From Cladosporium halotolerans (lineage: Eukaryota), in assembly GCF_011745625.1 (NCBI RefSeq), contig NW_027191458.1, positions 310,001 through 374,000 of the forward strand: a stretch of DNA of 64,000 nt, read 5' to 3'. Position 1 is the first letter of the stretch; each line of letters starts with the position of its first letter. The position numbers and the translations under genes are program-made. The notes beneath the pieces were generated by a model, which saw nothing but the letters and a program-made list of their open reading frames with translations, did not search any database and was not told where the DNA came from. Shown in pieces: positions 58,251 through 64,000 of the stretch.

Positions 58251-59475
58251 TGTGTCGATGGTTGATTAAATTGCTTGGTCGGTGTTGCGGCAAAGCTGGG
58301 CCGACGTTGGACTCCCGCGGTCTGACGTTCCGCTGGCCGTGGCCGTTGGAGGCGGCAGCTCGCGAAAGGTTCGGCTAGCACGGAGAGTTCGGGACTAAGA
58401 TCACGTGGACCGTGGGCAGCGGCCGCTGCAAAAAAGTCGGTGGCGATGGGATGGTGGTATGTCACTGCCGAGGAGCCGTCACGACAGCGGCGACATTGGA
58501 TTGTCGTACATGAAAGTAGGGATCATCGGTGTTGCTGTTACATTGGTACCATGCCCAGTAGCTGCAGGTTCACGCTCGCTCCAGCCACTCGTGCGGGCGT
58601 GATGCAGCCTGCTTCGGCACTCCATCTCTTCACCTGCAGCGAACGCTATCAAGCTGTGGCGAGGCGAGCCAATCACCGGACCGGAGAGATGCACTTCCGG
58701 CGCAAACTAGGCGATGCAGATGGGGCGCCGTGAACGCTACGTGCGGGTTTTTGTGGGCAGGCCGTTGGAGCCGCTTGCCGTGCATGTGCACAAGAGCGTG
58801 CACCACGGACGATCTGGCCGAGAGCGGCATGGATGCGCGGCGATGGGCAGCGACCGAGGCATTGCGTTTGCGGAGGAGCAGCGTCGGTGTTGGGCACTGC
58901 GACGAATAAACCAGCGACGTGCTGGCACACGGGCGGGCGCACAGCGGCCGTGCAGCAGCTCAATCAACGCTGACACCGCAATCTCGCTCTACCTGAGGCA
59001 GGCGTGAGGCCAACAATCTCGCGGGCGCCAAGCACGATCTTAGTGTGTTGCCGGGAGACGCTGGCACGGTGGCTCTCTGCCAGGCATGGCCAGAGCTTTC
59101 CCTAGCTCGCTATCGAGCCCTCGCCGTGCCTCACTGCCAGAGCGCCTGCTGCTGCCGCTGCCACCGCTACAAATACCCGCGAGCCCGCCCGCCACCGCTG
59201 CGCCGCCGCTCTTCTGCTCGTCAGACACACAGCTCCATCTTCACCGCACCGCTCAGCCTCCGCGCCTCTGCCATTGATACGCCATCGTCCCTCCATCGCC
59301 GCCGACACCCAGGTACGTATTGCCCCAACAGCGCCGCCCCAGCGCTCGCCCAGCCCAGCGCCAGCCCGTCCAAACGCACGGCCGGCCTGTTCACGCAGAC
59401 GATCATCTTGCTGACGCGGTGTGCGCCACCTCCAGATCTCCATCTCCACGTCTCAAACCCCTCTCCTCCGCAAGC

Positions 59476-60174
59476 ATGCGTTACTCCGCCGTCTTCCTCG
59501 CCGCCACGGCATTCTCCAGCCTGGGCCTCGCCCAGAGCGGCACCAACGAGACCGGCACTGGCCCCACCATTGATGCCAACAGCGTTCCCTACCAGGAGCG
59601 CCAGAACTGGTGCCGTTCCCAGACACAGACCTGCCCTCAGATCTGCGATGGCCGCTTCGACTCCAACACTTGCGACCCGGTAAGCGCTGTCTTTATGCCA
59701 TCAATCGCACGACCAATCGCTGACTTCCCACAGAACACCCTGACCTACGGCTGCGTCTGCGCCGACGGCACCACCCCCAACACCTCCGACTACGAGCAGA
59801 CTCTGCCCAGCTTCGTCTGCCGCAAGTACAGGGACCAGTGCGTCGCCAACAACCCTACGGACAAGGACGCCCAGGACGCCTGCCTGGCCATCGAGTGCGG
59901 CACCAAGCTCCCGACCGAAGACTCCGCCAGCAGCACCGTCTCCTCCGCTTCCAGCGCCACCGAGTCCGCCAGCAGCACCGGCTCCGGCTCCTCCGAGGCC
60001 TCCGAGACCGCCAGCTCGACGTCCGGCAGCGAGGAGGCCGCCTCGCAGACTGCCTCCGACGGCGCGGCTTCCGCCACCGCCGACTCCGCCGCCGTCGCCC
60101 TCAACCTCGCCAGCACCTACGGCACCGGCCTGCTCGCCGCCGGCATCCTCGGCGCCTTCGGCCTCGCTTTGTAA
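59476..60174 (+). CDS. Predicted GPI-anchored Cys-rich cell-surface protein; exons 59476-59679, 59734-60174; probable 5' UTR intron 59313-59435
   Basis: Signal peptide MRYSAVFLAATAFSSLGLA, a 10-Cys domain (WC..Q...CPQIC..NTCDP.TLTYGCVC), a Ser/Thr/Ala stalk and a hydrophobic C-terminus. Confidence 0.9.
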   Translation: MRYSAVFLAATAFSSLGLAQSGTNETGTGPTIDANSVPYQERQNWCRSQTQTCPQICDGRFDSNTCDPVSAVFMPSIARPIADFPQNTLTYGCVCADGTTPNTSDYEQTLPSFVCRKYRDQCVANNPTDKDAQDACLAIECGTKLPTEDSASSTVSSASSATESASSTGSGSSEASETASSTSGSEEAASQTASDGAASATADSAAVALNLASTYGTGLLAAGILGAFGLAL

Positions 60175-60436
60175 ATCGAATCGATCGTCGATTGATTGAT
60201 GCTCGGCAACAGCGTTGGCGTAGGCGTCGGCGCGGACAAAAGCCACATGTAAAGAGCTCGCAAGGGCAAGGGCAGCGTGCGGACACCGGGCTATCCTCGA
60301 GCTCGGTCTAGTTCGGTCGGTGGCCCTGCGCTTCTTCATCTTCACCATTCACGACTTTCGAAACCAAAAAAACCTTTTCACGACTTTCCAACGAACGAAA
60401 TCCCACCACCTCCGAGACGCGCAGCAAAAGAAGAGG

Positions 60437-60454
60437 GAGAGAGAGAGAGAGAGA
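60437..60454. repeat. (GA)9 microsatellite
   Basis: Read directly. Confidence 0.85.
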
Positions 60455-63400
60455 GGAGGAAGTCGACGCGGTAATGTTTGTTTGCTTGCTTGTTGGATGC
60501 GATCTCCGGCATTGCAGGGGCGAGAGGAGCAGGGTGGCTTTCAGTATAATCATTGTTCCTCTTTCTTCTTACTTCTCGTACCAGCCAATGTCCGCTCGGA
60601 CTGCGGCGGCTTTAGCACTGTAATGAACAGGAACGAATTCATTTACAACATCTCTTCATTTATCATTTCGGACGTGACGTCTAGGTTCACCAATCGACAT
60701 TGCATCGATCAAGCTTAATCACCCAACCTTCTTCCTCACCAGACCTATAAACACGGCCAAAGCAAAGGTCAGCATGCCCCATCCCTTCACCTCACGCACA
60801 AAGCAACCTCAATCCGCAACTCCGACGCAACGAACATGTACCCGACCTGCAAACACCTCGCGAATCCGGCTGCTTCGGGCGTGGTCCCACGAAGGACATA
60901 CTGTCACAGGCTTCCTCTCGTCGCGGCTACCTTATGGCAGTCGGAGAATCAGGGCACGTCTGTCTGGGTGCATTGTATGTTTTGAATTCTGAAGCAACAA
61001 GCGGGCGCGGAAGGATTGGCAATGCGTTTCATGCCGACGGGTGGGTTTCAAGATGATTTGCCCCGAGAGGTTTGGAAAGATACGTACGTGATGTTCAGGG
61101 TCCTGGTTGGAGCTGTTTCACCATCGTGAGGTGCCTATCACACCACACCCCACGCCGTTTCATCAGCCGTCGAACTTCGGAGGGCGTGAGAGGACGTGAC
61201 AGCGCGTTTGAGGATCGCAGCCCCTACCTAGGGCTTCGGAGCATGTATCGCATCTCATCTCATCTCATCACATCGGATTCCGCGCCGCGCCGCGCAGTGA
61301 GTTTGAGTTTGGGAACCATCAGTGAATCTTCTTCACAATCGTCCGGCCGGAGCCGTTCTGTGGTTCTAAAAGCTTACCTACCCATACATATGTAGGTACC
61401 TGACCCCAAGCTCCATCGACCGTACCTAGGCCGAACCGTGGATGCCCCGTTCTCTAATTCTCCTTCCTACTAGCCTTTTTTTTTTTCGCCGATTCGCTAC
61501 GATTGGACACCGCTTCGCTCCTCATCAATTGGCCCTGTAAATATGTACCTCACCTGCGCACTCGCAACGCCCACGCCCCCAAACACCCAACCCCCACCGC
61601 CCGTTTCACCCACCTCCAATCCTCATTCCCCCCCGACTCGAGCGCCGACAGCCGGCATCGAGTCATGAACCGAGCATGATTTGCACCTCACGCGCCAACA
61701 CCTCCTACTCGCCGCAGCCGTGCACTGCGCGGAAAGGGAGGGAGTCCCCTGTGTGCAGCAATGCGGCTGCAGTGCCGGCCGCCGCCGCCGCCGCATCACC
61801 CCACGAGCGCATGGGTGTCACCGCTCAGAGCGCCACGTGATGTGAGGCGGTGATGTGAGGCTCTGCTGCGGTGCGCTTGCCTACCTTATCTATCGTGCTG
61901 CAGCGCAGATTGTTGCGCCTTGCGGTTTCCTTTGGTGGGTAGTTCGATGGGTGCGGTGTGGTGGCACGCGGCGCAGGAACAGCGCATAGGTGCAGGTACG
62001 GTGCGTAGGTAGCTGGGGTGGGTTGGTGCTGGCTGGCTGGGAGGTGGGTGACGTGACGTGACAGGGTGTAGGTACTACTACTGCTACTGCACACTGGCAG
62101 AGCACTGTGTTGTACTGTCCTGTCGAGTCCCCCTTTCACTTCCTCAGTCCGCCCATCTTCACCATTCTCACGCTCACAGCGGCGTGCATTCCGTCCGCCG
62201 CGCCAGAACGCACGTGGTGCAGCGAGCGCTGGCGTCCTAGCAGCACGCACGGAGTCGCGGGTGTTCCGGGCGCGAACCGGGCCGGCAGTGGCCGGGGCCG
62301 GGCAGCGGGGCGGGCTTTGAGAGCCAGTCCAGGTTCCTGCAGATCGAGGCGGCGCAGGAGCCAGTGGGCGGCTTGGGCGCTGGGTTGGTCTGTTACGTCG
62401 GTCGAGAGACGAGTGCTGGTGTGCCTGGCCTGGTCGGCGGGATGGCGGCTCTGGGCGGGGAAACGTCTACGGTAGGTGTTGCAAGGTGCAAGGGTTGGGA
62501 TGATGGCAAGAGGGTGGGTGATAGGTCGTTTTTTGGCTCCGGAGTAATGGGGAGAAGGTTGGTTGTCAGACGGGGATGGCGGCTTGCGGTGCCTGCCGGC
62601 TGGCTGGGGGGTGTGGGAGTTGGAGTGGGAGTGGGTTGTGAGGTGCAGTGTGTGATGATGAGCAGATGGGAGGGCACACCTGTTTCCTCCAACGACGACG
62701 CCGCGGAGTGCGGTCTATGAGTAGTGAATCTCGTGAGTGTAGACGGACGCACTCTCTCAGGCGGATCCCCGCTCGACGGGCTCGCGCAGGCTGCGGTGAA
62801 GGGCTGTCTGCGCCGTGAGTCGTGACAAGCTGACAGCGGAGACGGCGTTCCTGGCTGCAGCGCCCGTTGGAGGACTCGGAGGATCAGTGTGCATGCTGCC
62901 GCTGTAGGCGTCGCCGTGGCCGTGGCCGTTCGAGAGTTGCGGCGTGGCACGTGCAGCGGCGTCCGGGCCTCTGGCCTGTCTGCCCTGCCCTGCTGCCCTG
63001 CTCTGATCCCGCCCGGCACTCCTGCCTGCCTGCCTGACACGGCACTCTGTCGCACACCTCACACCTCGCCCTTCGCGCTCGCCTTGCCTCATACCTCCAG
63101 ACACCTCACCTGCCTCACTGCCTCACTTCTCTCCCCGCGAACATCCCATTCGCGCCTCGCCCCGCCAGCGACCAGCCGCGTTTGCACCCAAAGCAAGCTG
63201 CCTGCCAAGCCCCGACCTGCTCCCCCAGTCCAGCCCGATCCGCCGGCAGACGTTGGCCGCGCGAGACATCATCCAAGACCTGACATACCACCTCGACCCC
63301 GACCGCGTCCTCTCCCCATACTCCCCCCTCGACACGCCGCCTCCGCCGCCGTGAGACATCGGCTGTGCTCCTGGAGCCCGACTCCGCGATCCGATTGCCG

Positions 63401-63522
63401 CACGCTCTCCCTCACCACGCCGTTGCACCCGTCCACGTCGCCCGGCTAAACGCTTGCTCGCTCGCACCTCAATTACATCCGCATCAGCATGCGATGAGCC
63501 TACCGCGAATGCATCCGCCGCC

Positions 63523-64000
63523 ATGCAAGCCCCAGGCCACCACCAGTGGGCGCAGCAGGAACAGCAGTTCGACGTGATGCGCTCCCAGCACACCCGCGAC
63601 AACACGTCTCCGCCGCCCTTTGTGGGCGCTAACGTCAATGGCCCTGTCGATCCCTCGGACTTCTACCAGACTTCGTTCACACCCACGCCCCCGCCGTTGG
63701 AGCAGCAATCTGCCTCCATGGAACACTCTCTACCTGCTGCCGTGCAGACCGTCAGTGCGGGCGCGTCTACTACACAAGCAGCGCACAGGGCTGTCTCACG
63801 GTCACCCTCGAGGAACAAACTCCGCAGCGCTTCTGGCTCTGCAAATTCCGGCGTACCCTCCGCTGGGAAATCACTGAACAACGCGAGGTCGCAGCCGGTG
63901 CTGCTGCCATCCTCGCGCGCTCCGGGTACCGTCAAGGACATCGCCAACAGGTTCAATCGCAACGCAGCACCGGGCGTCGCTCAGCCTGACCTAGCGGTAC
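63523..64000 (+). CDS. 5' part of a gene running off the window, with a disordered N-terminus (possibly a large TBC/Rab-GAP-type protein)
   Basis: Open frame from ATG 63523 (MQAPGHHQWAQQEQQFD..VDPSDFYQ..GTVKDIANRFN) to the window end. The identity is only a recollection of similar short motifs. Confidence 0.6.
   Translation, partial: MQAPGHHQWAQQEQQFDVMRSQHTRDNTSPPPFVGANVNGPVDPSDFYQTSFTPTPPPLEQQSASMEHSLPAAVQTVSAGASTTQAAHRAVSRSPSRNKLRSASGSANSGVPSAGKSLNNARSQPVLLPSSRAPGTVKDIANRFNRNAAPGVAQPDLAV

Noticed and set aside
61800..63450. Several 140-220 aa ORFs on both strands
   Set aside because: Low-complexity, GC-skewed upstream region of the terminal gene; no coding signature.

Overview
Eukaryotic, filamentous-ascomycete genomic DNA: short GT-AG introns with CTRAC branch points and fungal-type proteins. 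Dothideomycetes (Capnodiales s.l.) is my tentative inference. I can support about 23 protein-coding genes, mostly housekeeping: RPL11, SmB, MPC1, IRE1, eIF3m, pyruvate carboxylase, clathrin heavy chain, eIF3j, PRE4 and QNS1. The rest are a FATP-family acyl-CoA synthetase with a frame break, a GH10 xylanase, a DUF427 protein, an N2227 methyltransferase, a sulfite-oxidase-family molybdoenzyme, a 7TM GPCR-like protein, an MBD4-like glycosylase, a dehydroshikimate-dehydratase-like TIM barrel, a GPI-anchored protein, a conserved protein of unknown function, two tiny spliced genes missed by the ORF track, and a gene truncated at the right edge. Three further orphan ORFs are weak. I found no tRNA, rRNA, CRISPR array or transposase. 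The most unusual structures are: (1) a ~1.2 kb degenerate tandem array of ~12 units of 80-120 bp at 30.3-31.5 kb; (2) a 263-nt pyruvate carboxylase intron that folds back on itself end to end, an introner-like-element candidate; (3) recurring ~1 kb domains that switch from C-rich to G-rich; (4) splice-site oddities, namely a GC donor, many AAG acceptors and a 9-nt micro-exon. All exon boundaries and family calls were made by eye, without database searches.
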